DNA from: a virus
Length of the DNA stretch: 64,000 bases
Reading direction: 5' to 3' (one strand)
IMG/VR virus record: IMGVR_UViG_3300010885_050383
Location: 9,876-73,875 of that record
Shown here in pieces: positions 8,972 through 19,213 of this stretch (the first letter of the stretch is position 1; every line of letters starts with the position of its first letter). The notes beneath the pieces were generated by a model, which ran no database searches, was not told the DNA's origin, and saw only the letters and a list, made by a program, of their open reading frames with translations. A program made the translations under genes and the position numbers.

Positions 8972-10023
8972 TGAGTTATTCAATAAAAAGTAATACTATA
9001 GGTATATTTTCTGATATTCATATTGGGCTAGGCCAAGATAGTGTCATGTGGCATGATATTGTTTTGGATTTTGCTAAATGGGCAGCGAAAAAATATATAA
9101 AAGCAGGAATCAATGATATAATAATTCCGGGTGATATCTTTCATAATAGAAATGAAATTTCAGTTAATACCATAGCAGTTGCTACAGAATTTTTTGACAT
9201 ATTAAAGGATTTTAGAATTTTCATATCTGCTGGAAATCATGACAGCTTCTATAAAGATAGATCTGATGTGAATTCTATAAGCATCCTTAAAGGATGGGAC
9301 AATATTATTATCATTGATAAAAAACCTTTGCTTATAAAGGCAGGAGATAAAACTATTTCCCTCATCCCTTGGGGAACTGATATAGCAGATATTCCAGATG
9401 CGGACATTTGTTTTGGTCATTTTGAAATAAACAATTTTTACATGAATAGTTTCAAAACATGTGATCATGGTTTGGAATCAAAAAGCCTTTTAAACATATC
9501 ACCTCTTATTATTTCTGGACATTTCCATAAAATGGATCACAGGGTTTATAATAACGGAGAAATTATTTATGTAGGAAGCCCTTTTCAACATAATTTCGGT
9601 GATTGTGGTGATAAAAGAGGCATCCACATCTTTAATATAAAAACCAATCAGTTTGAATTCATAGAAAACGACATATCACCAAAGCATATTAAAATTTATT
9701 TGAGTAAAATTAAAAAAGGAGAACAAAATTCCGATTTTTTACAATTCAATGTAAAAAATAATCTAATTTCTCTTGTCATAGACGAAGAACTCAGTAGTGA
9801 AAAAATAAATTTGCTGAGTTCAAAAATAAATTCTTTCAATCCAAAGTTTTTAAGAATAGATTATAAAAATGTTAATAATGAACTTGAAAAAACCGAAGGA
9901 GTTGACTATAATACGGTAGACATCGAAAAAAACCTTGAAGATTTCATAGAATCATTGGATATCAAATATAAAACAGAAACTACCGAATACCTAACACAAT
10001 TATACAAAAAATTAACATCATGA
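8971..10023 (+). CDS. gp47: recombination endonuclease subunit (gp47/SbcD/Mre11)
   Basis: Metallophosphoesterase motifs SDIH, GDIFH, GNHD, GHFE, SGHFH, YVGSP. Confidence 0.92.
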   Translation: MSYSIKSNTIGIFSDIHIGLGQDSVMWHDIVLDFAKWAAKKYIKAGINDIIIPGDIFHNRNEISVNTIAVATEFFDILKDFRIFISAGNHDSFYKDRSDVNSISILKGWDNIIIIDKKPLLIKAGDKTISLIPWGTDIADIPDADICFGHFEINNFYMNSFKTCDHGLESKSLLNISPLIISGHFHKMDHRVYNNGEIIYVGSPFQHNFGDCGDKRGIHIFNIKTNQFEFIENDISPKHIKIYLSKIKKGEQNSDFLQFNVKNNLISLVIDEELSSEKINLLSSKINSFNPKFLRIDYKNVNNELEKTEGVDYNTVDIEKNLEDFIESLDIKYKTETTEYLTQLYKKLTS

Positions 10024-10790
10024 AAGAAAAAATTTATATTATGGATGAAATTGGAATCGGAATACTTGATGTGTATAGCCAAACCGATTTAGAAAATTGT
10101 TATAATTCTATACCAGAAGAGTTCAGGAATGATGTTCTTGTAGCATCTGCTACAAATAACAAGATGGTAAATGAAAATTTTAAAAAATATGGTGAAGTTC
10201 CGTTTGCAACTCTTAGAAATTGGCTTATTTCTCAGTTCAGACTTAAAGGTTGCAAATATTATTTCCTCATAAGCTCCAATCAGATCATCCAAGATCCAAA
10301 AATTTTCTTTAAGACCATCCAGCTTGCCGAAACTTTTGGCACATGGTTTATTGTAGGAAACGGAAATAATATAACAGAGTTAGAAGATGATGTTTCTGGT
10401 ATAACTTTGAATGTATCCCCCGATCTTAACACAGATTTTATTTTTACATTCTCTGGTATTGTTAAAAACAATGGGTTTTTTGATGAAAGATTTTTTAATA
10501 CCAAAAATCTTGATGTTTTAGATTATATAATTCGTTTAAGAGCTAGAGGGGTGTATCCTCCCAACCACTTCAATCCAACTGTTGGAAAAGGAGTAAAAAC
10601 TGCAAAATCTTTTTTAGAAAAAATTAAGTTTAAGGATATTCCAGACCGAGATAAGAGTGTTGGACTTTCCTATGCATACTTCAACCATTTACACAAGTAT
10701 ATACCAACACAAAACGATCCTCCAGCAGTATCACAGGAAGAACTTTTGAAAAGTTTAGATATAATGCAACAAAAATATGCAAAAAAATAA
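10020..10790 (+). CDS. degenerate GT2-like protein (DxD apparently lost)
   Basis: Aligns by eye to the downstream GT2s ('IGIGIL', 'GFFDERF', 'DYIIRL..GVYPP') but has 'ISSNQII' where they have 'MEDDIEI'. Confidence 0.5.
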   Translation: MKEKIYIMDEIGIGILDVYSQTDLENCYNSIPEEFRNDVLVASATNNKMVNENFKKYGEVPFATLRNWLISQFRLKGCKYYFLISSNQIIQDPKIFFKTIQLAETFGTWFIVGNGNNITELEDDVSGITLNVSPDLNTDFIFTFSGIVKNNGFFDERFFNTKNLDVLDYIIRLRARGVYPPNHFNPTVGKGVKTAKSFLEKIKFKDIPDRDKSVGLSYAYFNHLHKYIPTQNDPPAVSQEELLKSLDIMQQKYAKK

Positions 10791-11604
10791 AATTGGTGTT
10801 GGTATAATCACATGTGACCGAGAAGATTTTTTTAAAAAAGCAGCAAAAAGTCTTCGTAATGCTTTAGAAAATTATTCAGACAGTGAGATAATCGTTGTGA
10901 ATGATGGATATGAGAGGTTGGAAACGCCAAATATTCATTGTGTTAAAACAACTGGTAAAATCGGAGTAGGTAAAGCTAAAAATATTGCTCTAGATTATCT
11001 TATTGATAAGGATTGCGAACATATTTTCTTGATGGAAGATGATATTGAAATTATAGATCCAAATGTTTTCAATGAATACATTAAAACCTCAAATGTAACA
11101 GGAGTTAAACACTTAAACTACGGATTGCATGGTAATCATAATCAAGATGCTTATGGAAATCCAACAGTAAGAAAAACTGTTAACTATCCAGATAATACCA
11201 AGCTGGATTTATATCCTAATCTTCTTGGTGCTTTTAGTTATTTTCATGTTTCCGTTTTAGATGAGGTTGGTTTAATTGATGAAGAATTCTATAATGCTAT
11301 GGAGCATGTAGATCATACATATAGAATCATTAACGCTGGTTATCATCCACCATTTCGTTGGTTTGCAGATGTTCATGGTTCCAACAAGATGCTTAAAGAC
11401 ATTGTTCCAGACCACGAGCAAAGTAAAATTAGAAACGAAGCCAATTTCCAAGAAATCTTTAAGAAAGGACTTGATCTATTCATATGGAAATGGGGATTTA
11501 GTGTCGTTCATGGATATGGACCAATAGAAAAGAAAATATCAGAACAAGAAACTTTAGAAAAATTAAAACAAATATGGAAATCTCACCAGCAGACATTGGA
11601 GTAG
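10777..11604 (+). CDS. glycosyltransferase family 2
   Basis: 'IGVGIITCDR', 'IIVVNDG', 'GVGKAKN', 'FLMEDD', 'VGLIDEEFYNAMEHVD'. Confidence 0.85.
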   Translation: MQKNKIGVGIITCDREDFFKKAAKSLRNALENYSDSEIIVVNDGYERLETPNIHCVKTTGKIGVGKAKNIALDYLIDKDCEHIFLMEDDIEIIDPNVFNEYIKTSNVTGVKHLNYGLHGNHNQDAYGNPTVRKTVNYPDNTKLDLYPNLLGAFSYFHVSVLDEVGLIDEEFYNAMEHVDHTYRIINAGYHPPFRWFADVHGSNKMLKDIVPDHEQSKIRNEANFQEIFKKGLDLFIWKWGFSVVHGYGPIEKKISEQETLEKLKQIWKSHQQTLE

Positions 11605-13064
11605 TGTTAGTAACCTATAACAGACCAGAATATTATAAAAAAGTTCTGGAAAGTTTACCAAATGACAAGTTTGATACTCTTGTTGTTGTAAACGATGGGA
11701 TTAATTCATATGCTAATGAAACAGAAGCTGAATTTGTTATATTAAACAAAGCTCAACTAGGCGTTGCAAAGAGCAAAAACATAGGAATCAAGACTCTTTT
11801 GAATCATGATGATCAGATAAAATACGTTTTTATCATAGAGGATGATATTTTAATCAAAGATCCTAATGTATTTGAAGCATATATCAAAGCAGCAGAGTCT
11901 ACTGGTATTCATCATTTATGTTATGAGAAAGTTGCTGGTAATGAAAAGACTCTAAAGTACACTTTAGAGCAACCAGATGGGGTTAAAATTGGTTTTTATA
12001 CCAATCCTCAAGGTGCATTCATGTTTATCAATGCAAATATTATTAAAAAAGTTGGAATGTTTGATGAAGGCTATACGAATGCTTTTGAACATATTGATTT
12101 TGAGTATACTCTTGCCAAAAAAGTTATTGCTCCCCCATTTTGGTATTTCCCTGATCTTTTAAACAGCGAAAATTATCTAACAGATATTGAAGGAAGCAGC
12201 GAAAACTCTTCAATTACCAATAAAGATCAGTATAAAGAGAATTGGGATAAGTCTGCTGCTCATTTTGTTCAAAAGTGGGGTCATTTTACTAATACAATTC
12301 CAGATCCGGGTATTAAAATTTTTGAAAATACACTAATTCATCTTCAAAATTCTTATAGTAGAAAGACTTTGGTCAATAAAGGTCATAAACTCTCTGTTAT
12401 AATACCCTATAGAAAGCGTGAGGAGGCTCTAAAAACGATTATTCCTGCTCTGGAGGCATATTTGCCCAAACAAGTGGATAATTATGAGATTTTGATCATG
12501 GAACAAGCAAATGAGAACCCTTTTAATAAAGGATTATTGAATAATTTAGGATATTCTTTTTCTGCCAAAGATTCTGATTACTTTTGTTTTCATGACGTTG
12601 ATTTAATTCCTCAATATTCAGATTATAGTTATCCAGAAAGACCTTCTCATATAAGCAGTCATTGCAGTCAGTTTAATTATATTAATATACCAGATAAAAT
12701 TATGGGGGGAGTTATATTATTTAATAAAGATGATTATAAAAAAGTTAATGGATATAGCAATCAATTTAATGGTTGGGGAAAAGAAGACGATGATCTTTAT
12801 GCTCGTTGTGAAAAAGAAAAATTAACTCCTTATAAACATCCGTTTGGTAGATTTTATAGCGTTCCTCATCAACATAGGCTTACTTCGGCTTTAGAAAACG
12901 AACTTCATTTAAAGAATGGAGAAAGATTTCGTGCATTTGAGTCTGGAAAATTAGGAGAGGAATATCATAAATTAGATGGAATTTCAGATTGCATGAGTTA
13001 TTTGAAAAATATTAAACTAAAAGAACAAAAGAATAAAGTTTCTCATTTTGTGGTTGATTTTTAA
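11574..13064 (+). CDS. two-domain glycosyltransferase: GT2 plus GT7 (beta-1,4-galactosyltransferase-like)
   Basis: N-terminal GT2 ('VTYNR','VVNDG','IEDD'); C-terminal 'IIPYR','FNKGLLNN','FHDVDLIP','VNGYSN.F.GWGKEDDD'. Confidence 0.85.
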   Translation: MEISPADIGVVLVTYNRPEYYKKVLESLPNDKFDTLVVVNDGINSYANETEAEFVILNKAQLGVAKSKNIGIKTLLNHDDQIKYVFIIEDDILIKDPNVFEAYIKAAESTGIHHLCYEKVAGNEKTLKYTLEQPDGVKIGFYTNPQGAFMFINANIIKKVGMFDEGYTNAFEHIDFEYTLAKKVIAPPFWYFPDLLNSENYLTDIEGSSENSSITNKDQYKENWDKSAAHFVQKWGHFTNTIPDPGIKIFENTLIHLQNSYSRKTLVNKGHKLSVIIPYRKREEALKTIIPALEAYLPKQVDNYEILIMEQANENPFNKGLLNNLGYSFSAKDSDYFCFHDVDLIPQYSDYSYPERPSHISSHCSQFNYINIPDKIMGGVILFNKDDYKKVNGYSNQFNGWGKEDDDLYARCEKEKLTPYKHPFGRFYSVPHQHRLTSALENELHLKNGERFRAFESGKLGEEYHKLDGISDCMSYLKNIKLKEQKNKVSHFVVDF

Positions 13065-13089
13065 TCAAAGTTAAATAATTTTTATACAT

Positions 13090-13635
13090 ATGTCTAAACG
13101 TTTATCAATTTTAACTGCTACAATGCACGAAAGGAACGGAATATTCCGAAATTTGGCAAAAGTATTAAAAGCACAATCTAATTCAAATGTAGAAATGCTT
13201 GCTATTTGTGATAATGGGGAATTATCCATAGGGGCAAAGAGAAATCAATTGCTAGAAGCTGCCAAAGGCGATTATGTATGCTTTGTCGATGATGATGACA
13301 TGATTTCACCGTTTTATATTCATGGTATCCTTACAGCATTAAAGGATAATCCAGACTGCGTAGGAATTGAAGGAATAATAACTAGTATTGGGGTTGGGCC
13401 TAAAAAATTTGTTCATTCTTTACAATATGTAGATTGGTTTGAAAAAGATAATGTATATTATCGTTGCCCAAACCACTTAAATCCTATAAAAAGAGAAATA
13501 GCACTTGATGCAAAATTTCCAGAGACATATTTTGGAGAAGATAAAGAATTTTCTCACAGACTTGCTGGAAAGCTTAAAACCGAAGTTTTTATCAAAGGAC
13601 CCATTTACTTTTATTACCCTTCAAGAGATTGTTAA
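13090..13635 (+). CDS. glycosyltransferase family 2 (short)
   Basis: 'LSILTAT','SIGAKRNQLLEAAKGDYVCFVDDDD','GED'. Confidence 0.85.
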   Translation: MSKRLSILTATMHERNGIFRNLAKVLKAQSNSNVEMLAICDNGELSIGAKRNQLLEAAKGDYVCFVDDDDMISPFYIHGILTALKDNPDCVGIEGIITSIGVGPKKFVHSLQYVDWFEKDNVYYRCPNHLNPIKREIALDAKFPETYFGEDKEFSHRLAGKLKTEVFIKGPIYFYYPSRDC

Positions 13636-13636
13636 A

Positions 13637-14980
13637 ATGAAAATTCTAATAAAATTTCCTACAAGGAGTAGGCCAGATAAATTTTTTGCTGTATTGGATC
13701 AATATTTAAACAAAGCATCCGATCCTTCTAAATTAGCATTTTTAATTTCTATGGATGATGACGATTCATCTATGAATAATAATGCAATTAAAATAAGACT
13801 CAATTCTTATAAAGAAAAAGTAAAGATTGCATATTTTTTTGGAAACAGTAAAACCAAAATGCAGGCAATAAATGCTGATATGGAAAAAGTAAATGGTTGG
13901 GATATTGTACTTCTTGCCTCTGATGATATGATTCCAATAGAAAAAGGGTATGATGAAGTTATACGTCAAGACATGACTAATAATTTTAATGATACTGATG
14001 GAGTCCTATGGTATTCGGACGGAGCACAAAATAATATTAATACTCTTTCTATTTTAGGAAAAAAGTACTATGATCGTTTTGGATATATTTATAACCCAGA
14101 ATACGTGAGTCTTTGGTGTGATAATGAATTTACTGATGTTTCTTTAAAGCTTAAAAAATGTTATAAATCAGATAAAATTATTATTGAACATCAACATCCA
14201 GCATGGCAAAAAGCAGATTTTGATCCTTTGTATGCAAGGAATGAATCATACTATGGAGTAGATCAACAGACATATGAAAGAAGAAGTAAAAATAATTTTG
14301 ACCTTCCTAAAAAGAAACTTATAAATTTTTGTGTCTATGGAACACATCCTATGTATAGTATGGGTGCTATCAAAAATATAGAATTGGCTGCAAAAATATT
14401 TCCAGATTGGGTTTGTAGGTTTTATGTATTCAAAGAATGTTTTGATTTAGTCCCTAAAATACGAGAATATCCTAATACTGAAGTTGTTTTATGCAAGAAA
14501 ACAGGAAGTCACTATTCAATGTTGTATAGATTTTTATCATTTGCTGAAACTGATACCAGTCATTTTATTTCAAGAGATACTGATTCTCGATTAAGCATTA
14601 GAGAAAAAGAAGCAGTAGATCAATGGTTAGAATCTGGAAAGTCGTTTCATATAATGAAAGATCATCCAAAATATCATAGAACTCCAGAATATCCTATTTT
14701 AGGAGGAATGTTTGGAGCGAAAGGCGGAATAGTTCCAGATATAGAAGATCATATAAAATATTACATTCAACATAATGAAAATATGCACGGTATGGATCAA
14801 TACTTTTTACAATATATCTATGAAAATTATGCAATCAATGACAATATTACTCATGACTGCAATTTTCCTTCCCCTAGAAATGTAGAAAGAGATGGTATAT
14901 GGTTTGTTGGTCAGCCCATAGATGAAAATAATAAATTTTTTGGTCCTGCGGATCATTACATAGAAACTTTAAATCAATAA
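13637..14980 (+). CDS. two-domain putative glycosyltransferase (GT-A plus 'RDTDSR' domain)
   Basis: N-terminal 'KFPTRSR','LLASDDMIP','LWCDNE'; C-terminal 'FCVYG..MYSMGAIKN','FISRDTDSRL..RE..AV..W','ILGGMFG'; start moved to ATG 13637. Confidence 0.7.
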   Translation: MKILIKFPTRSRPDKFFAVLDQYLNKASDPSKLAFLISMDDDDSSMNNNAIKIRLNSYKEKVKIAYFFGNSKTKMQAINADMEKVNGWDIVLLASDDMIPIEKGYDEVIRQDMTNNFNDTDGVLWYSDGAQNNINTLSILGKKYYDRFGYIYNPEYVSLWCDNEFTDVSLKLKKCYKSDKIIIEHQHPAWQKADFDPLYARNESYYGVDQQTYERRSKNNFDLPKKKLINFCVYGTHPMYSMGAIKNIELAAKIFPDWVCRFYVFKECFDLVPKIREYPNTEVVLCKKTGSHYSMLYRFLSFAETDTSHFISRDTDSRLSIREKEAVDQWLESGKSFHIMKDHPKYHRTPEYPILGGMFGAKGGIVPDIEDHIKYYIQHNENMHGMDQYFLQYIYENYAINDNITHDCNFPSPRNVERDGIWFVGQPIDENNKFFGPADHYIETLNQ

Positions 14981-14983
14981 ATT

Positions 14984-15610
14984 ATGTATTTTAGTCAACA
15001 ACAAGAAGATTATATTTTATCACAAAAATATTTAAATTATAGAAATGGTACATTTGTTGAATTAGGAGCTATGAATGGAGTAACATACTCCAATACTTTA
15101 TTTTTTGAACAACAATTAGGTTGGTCTGGCGTTTTAATAGAACCAACAAATCAATTTGAAGAATTGAAAGTTAATAGAAAAAATTGTAAAAACTATAATG
15201 TTGCTGTTTCTATTACAGAAGGAGAAGTAGAATTTTTAGGGTCTGGAGCCGTAGGTGGAATGTTGCACACAATGCCTTCCTTTCATAGAGAAGGTAATGG
15301 TTTAAACTCTCATGTACCATTTCGTGTAAAAACTATGCCTATATCTAAAATTTTAAAAGATGCTGAAATAAAAAAAATAGATTTTTTTTCTATTGATACC
15401 GAAGGAGGTGAATTAGAAGTATTAAGTTCATTTGATTGGAAAATTCCAGTTTATATAATGTTGGTAGAATTTGCAACAGATAGAGAAAGCGATCCTTTTG
15501 TTTATAAAAAAAATAAAAAATGTAGAGATATGCTTGTAGAAAATGGTTTTACTTTTGATATGATTATAGGTTGTAATGAAGTGTGGATTAATAATAATTT
15601 TAATAAATGA
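14984..15610 (+). CDS. FkbM-family SAM-dependent methyltransferase
   Basis: 'YFSQ..ED','GTFVELGAMNGVTYSNT..FE...GWSGVLIEP','IDFFSIDTEGGE'. Confidence 0.88.
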   Translation: MYFSQQQEDYILSQKYLNYRNGTFVELGAMNGVTYSNTLFFEQQLGWSGVLIEPTNQFEELKVNRKNCKNYNVAVSITEGEVEFLGSGAVGGMLHTMPSFHREGNGLNSHVPFRVKTMPISKILKDAEIKKIDFFSIDTEGGELEVLSSFDWKIPVYIMLVEFATDRESDPFVYKKNKKCRDMLVENGFTFDMIIGCNEVWINNNFNK

Positions 15611-16497
15611 AAAGTATAGTAACAGGAGGAAAGGGATTTATTGGTAGTAATCTTGTAAAAAAATTAGTCGAGCTTGGAGATACTGTAATTGTTATAGATA
15701 ATAATAGCTCCAACAACAAAAACAACCATATTATAGATGGAGCAATCTACTATGATTATGATTTAAATGAGTTTGATAAAATACTAGGATTATTTGGAGC
15801 CGTTGACAGATGTTTTCATCTTGCAGCAGATATATCAATAGATTATTGTAATAAATTTCCAAGAAAAAGTGGTTTAAATAATACAAATATTACATTGAAT
15901 GTATTAGAAGCTTGTAGATTGATGAAAGTAAAAAAATTTATATTCTCTTCTACTTCAGCAGTATATAAACAAATAGATAATAAAAAGATATATAGCGAAA
16001 CAGATGAAACCAATCCTTTAAATTTATATTCGGCATCTAAATTATATGGAGAAAATCTTTGTAAAATTTATTATAACCTTTATGGATTAGAAACAATTGT
16101 TTTAAGATATTTTAATGTATATGGTGAGAATAATTCTATTAGTCCATATTCATCAGTACTTGTAAATTTTCTAAACAATAAAAATCAAGATAAACCATTG
16201 TTAATTTATGGAGATGGAAATCAAACACGAGATTTTATTAATGTAAATGATGTCGTAAAAATGAATATCATTGCATCAGAATCTAAATTAGAAACATATG
16301 GAGATGTTTACAATATAGGAACAGGGAAATCTATTTCTATTTTAAAATTAGCTTCATTAATATCATCGAATATACAGTTCATGCAACCTAAAATAGGGGA
16401 ATTAAAGCATAGTTGTGCAGATATAAATAAAGTTATTAAAAATTTTGCTTGGAAATCTACTATTAGTATTGAAAATTGGTTGAATGCTTGTAGATAA
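15607..16497 (+). CDS. NAD-dependent nucleotide-sugar epimerase/dehydratase (extended SDR)
   Basis: 'VTGGKGFIGS','HLAA','SSTSAVY','YSASK','LRYFNVYG','GDGNQTRDF'. Confidence 0.9.
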   Translation: MKSIVTGGKGFIGSNLVKKLVELGDTVIVIDNNSSNNKNNHIIDGAIYYDYDLNEFDKILGLFGAVDRCFHLAADISIDYCNKFPRKSGLNNTNITLNVLEACRLMKVKKFIFSSTSAVYKQIDNKKIYSETDETNPLNLYSASKLYGENLCKIYYNLYGLETIVLRYFNVYGENNSISPYSSVLVNFLNNKNQDKPLLIYGDGNQTRDFINVNDVVKMNIIASESKLETYGDVYNIGTGKSISILKLASLISSNIQFMQPKIGELKHSCADINKVIKNFAWKSTISIENWLNACR

Positions 16498-16500
16498 TAT

Positions 16501-17571
16501 ATGAAATTTTTTAATATTGATCTTCATATCTCTATTATTGCTGATATGAAAAAAATTTTTTCGGATCTTGGTCATGAGGTATATGATAAATCTTTATCCG
16601 AACATACATGGGTTTTTAATAGAAAAAAAGACAGTGTACCCATGTTGGATAACGGAAGATGGATGCACCTTTCACCACAACAGTTTTCTGATGAATTCTA
16701 TAATTCATACAAAAATATGTTTGATGATAAGATAGATGCTTTTATAGTAACATATCCACCAGTATTTTCATTATTGTATAAGCATTTTAATAGACCGATT
16801 ATTATTAATAATCCAATCAGATATGAATGGCCTTTTTCATTTAGAAAAGATGATTGGGAACAATTTAATGTTTTTTTAAGAGAAGGCGTTGATAACAAGA
16901 AAATTTTTCTTGTAGCAAATAATTTACACGATAAAAAATATATGGAAGATTTTATCGAAAGAGAAGTAGAACATATTCCAAGTATTTGTGATTACTATGG
17001 AGATTATTACGAACCAAACGACAATCATTTTATTTATTACTCCAGAAACAAAATATCAGAAATAACAAATGATAAAATTAAATATAAAGATGATATATTT
17101 AAATCACATAAACATAGTGATTTAGTAAATTGTAAAGGAATAATACATATTCCATATCAAATTTCTTATATGTCTATATTTGAGCAATATACAGCAAATA
17201 TACCATTATTCTTACCCACAAAAGAATTTTTAATGGAGATATACAAAGAAAATAAATACAGTGTTCTTAAAGAAGTATCTTGGAACAATTATTGTGGAGA
17301 AAAAAGCCATTCCTTTATACAGTATAATGGAAAGCATGATCCTAATGATTATAATAATTACGAAGCAGTTGAAGAATGGTTAAAATATGCAGATTTTTAT
17401 GATCAAGAGTGGATGCCACATATCACTTATTTTTCTTCTTTTGAAGAATTAAATAAACTTGTAAATGAAATTGATACTAAAGAAATTTCAAATAAAATGA
17501 AAATTTTTAATGAAAAAAGAAAAATATTGATATACAATAAATGGAAAAATCTTATAAACAAAATAAAATGA
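16501..17571 (+). CDS. putative glycosyltransferase (GT-B-like, uncharacterised)
   Basis: C-terminal 'GIIHIPYQISYMSIFEQYTANIPLFLP' resembles the GT-B nucleotide-binding E-motif region; lies within the glycan cluster. Confidence 0.5.
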   Translation: MKFFNIDLHISIIADMKKIFSDLGHEVYDKSLSEHTWVFNRKKDSVPMLDNGRWMHLSPQQFSDEFYNSYKNMFDDKIDAFIVTYPPVFSLLYKHFNRPIIINNPIRYEWPFSFRKDDWEQFNVFLREGVDNKKIFLVANNLHDKKYMEDFIEREVEHIPSICDYYGDYYEPNDNHFIYYSRNKISEITNDKIKYKDDIFKSHKHSDLVNCKGIIHIPYQISYMSIFEQYTANIPLFLPTKEFLMEIYKENKYSVLKEVSWNNYCGEKSHSFIQYNGKHDPNDYNNYEAVEEWLKYADFYDQEWMPHITYFSSFEELNKLVNEIDTKEISNKMKIFNEKRKILIYNKWKNLINKIK

Positions 17572-18593
17572 AAATATTAATAACAGGAGGATTGGGGTTT
17601 ATAGGAATAAATACAGCATTAACTTTAGGTAATGAACATGAAATATTTGTTATAGATAATCTTAGTAGAAAAGGAAATATAGAAAATTATATAAACTTAA
17701 GAAATAATATTAATTTTACTTTTTATAATAAAGATATAAGAAATTATTTTGATTTGGAGGAAATTTTTAAAAGTAATAGTTTTGATGCTATAATACATCT
17801 AGCAGGACAAGTTGCTGTTACAAGTTCTTTTAAAAATCCTAGAGAAGATTTTGAAATAAATTGCCTTGGTACTTTTAATATATTAGAATGTATAAGAAAA
17901 TACTGTTCTAATGCAGTTTTACTATACTCTTCTACAAATAAAGTTTATGGAGATTTTAAATCAGAAATAGAAGAAAAGGAAAATAGATATATTTATGGTA
18001 ATGAAATAAATGGCATTAGCGAAAACCAACGTTTAGATTTTCATTCTCCATATGGTTGTTCAAAAGGATCTGCCGATCAATATGTCAGAGATTATCATAG
18101 AATGTATGGTTTAAAAACTGTTGTATTGAGACAATCTTGTATCTATGGTCCAAATCAATTTGGTATTGAAGATCAAGGATGGGTTTCTTGGTTTAGTATA
18201 GCTTCTTTATTTGATAAAAATATTACTATATATGGAAATGGTAAACAAGTTAGAGATGTACTTCATGTAAAAGATTTAATTGATCTTTATATGAGTGTTA
18301 TTATTAATATAGATATTTGTAATGGTAAAATTTATAATGTTGGTGGTGGACCAGACAATACACTTTCATTATTAGAACTATTAGATATTTTAAAAATTAA
18401 ATTGGGCAAAAATATACAATATAACTTTTCTCAATGGAGACCCGGTGATCAAAAAATTTATATAAGCGATATTGAAAAAATAAAAAATGATATTAACTGG
18501 CAACCTAAAATTGATGTAAATGCAGGTTTGACTATAATGTTAGATTGGATTTTAGAAAATAAAGAAGTATTTAAAAAATTAAATTTAATATGA
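17568..18593 (+). CDS. CDP-paratose/CDP-tyvelose 2-epimerase-like (RfbE-type) SDR
   Basis: 'ITGGLGFIG','HLAGQVAVT.S...P..DFEIN','STNKVYG','FHSPYGCSKGSADQY','RQSCIYG','EDQGWV','RPGDQ', the signature set of RfbE-type enzymes. Confidence 0.8.
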   Translation: MKILITGGLGFIGINTALTLGNEHEIFVIDNLSRKGNIENYINLRNNINFTFYNKDIRNYFDLEEIFKSNSFDAIIHLAGQVAVTSSFKNPREDFEINCLGTFNILECIRKYCSNAVLLYSSTNKVYGDFKSEIEEKENRYIYGNEINGISENQRLDFHSPYGCSKGSADQYVRDYHRMYGLKTVVLRQSCIYGPNQFGIEDQGWVSWFSIASLFDKNITIYGNGKQVRDVLHVKDLIDLYMSVIINIDICNGKIYNVGGGPDNTLSLLELLDILKIKLGKNIQYNFSQWRPGDQKIYISDIEKIKNDINWQPKIDVNAGLTIMLDWILENKEVFKKLNLI

Positions 18594-19213
18594 TTACAAT
18601 TCAAGAGCATAGTATAGAAGAATCAATTATAGATAAAAATGGTTGGGTATTAGATTTGGGATGTATTAACTTTTCTTTTGCTAAAGATTTAAAAGAATAT
18701 TGTAATAATATTATCTGTGTAGACCCAAACCCAAACATCGATAAAAATTTAATTCCAGAGGGTGTTATATATGAAAGCGTAGCAGTAACTCATGATGAAA
18801 GTTTATCAGAACAAACTTTTTACATTTATAATGATGTACAGGGCTATTCTTTATTAAATCCTCCCAAAGATTGGTGTGTTTTACAAAAGACAATAACTGT
18901 TCCAGTAACAACCATTAAAAAAATAATGGAAAAATACAGTATTAAAAAATTTGAATTGATTAAATTTGATATTGAAGGTGCAGAATATGAGATATTAAAA
19001 AATCTAGATTGGTCTTTATCTAAACAATATTCTATTGAATTTCATGATTTTAGATTTATGAATCCATACTATCCAGATAATGAAAAATATTATAGTGAAG
19101 TTTTTAATAAAATTAAAAATATTAAATCTATTAAACATGAAAATACAGATCACCCCGGATTTCCAAATGGAATGGGTAAAAATTACTGGGATACATTAAT
19201 TGTAATGATTTAA
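18590..19213 (+). CDS. FkbM-family methyltransferase
   Basis: 'VLDLG','ICVDPNP','LIKFDIEGAEYEIL','SIEFH'. Confidence 0.8.
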   Translation: MITIQEHSIEESIIDKNGWVLDLGCINFSFAKDLKEYCNNIICVDPNPNIDKNLIPEGVIYESVAVTHDESLSEQTFYIYNDVQGYSLLNPPKDWCVLQKTITVPVTTIKKIMEKYSIKKFELIKFDIEGAEYEILKNLDWSLSKQYSIEFHDFRFMNPYYPDNEKYYSEVFNKIKNIKSIKHENTDHPGFPNGMGKNYWDTLIVMI

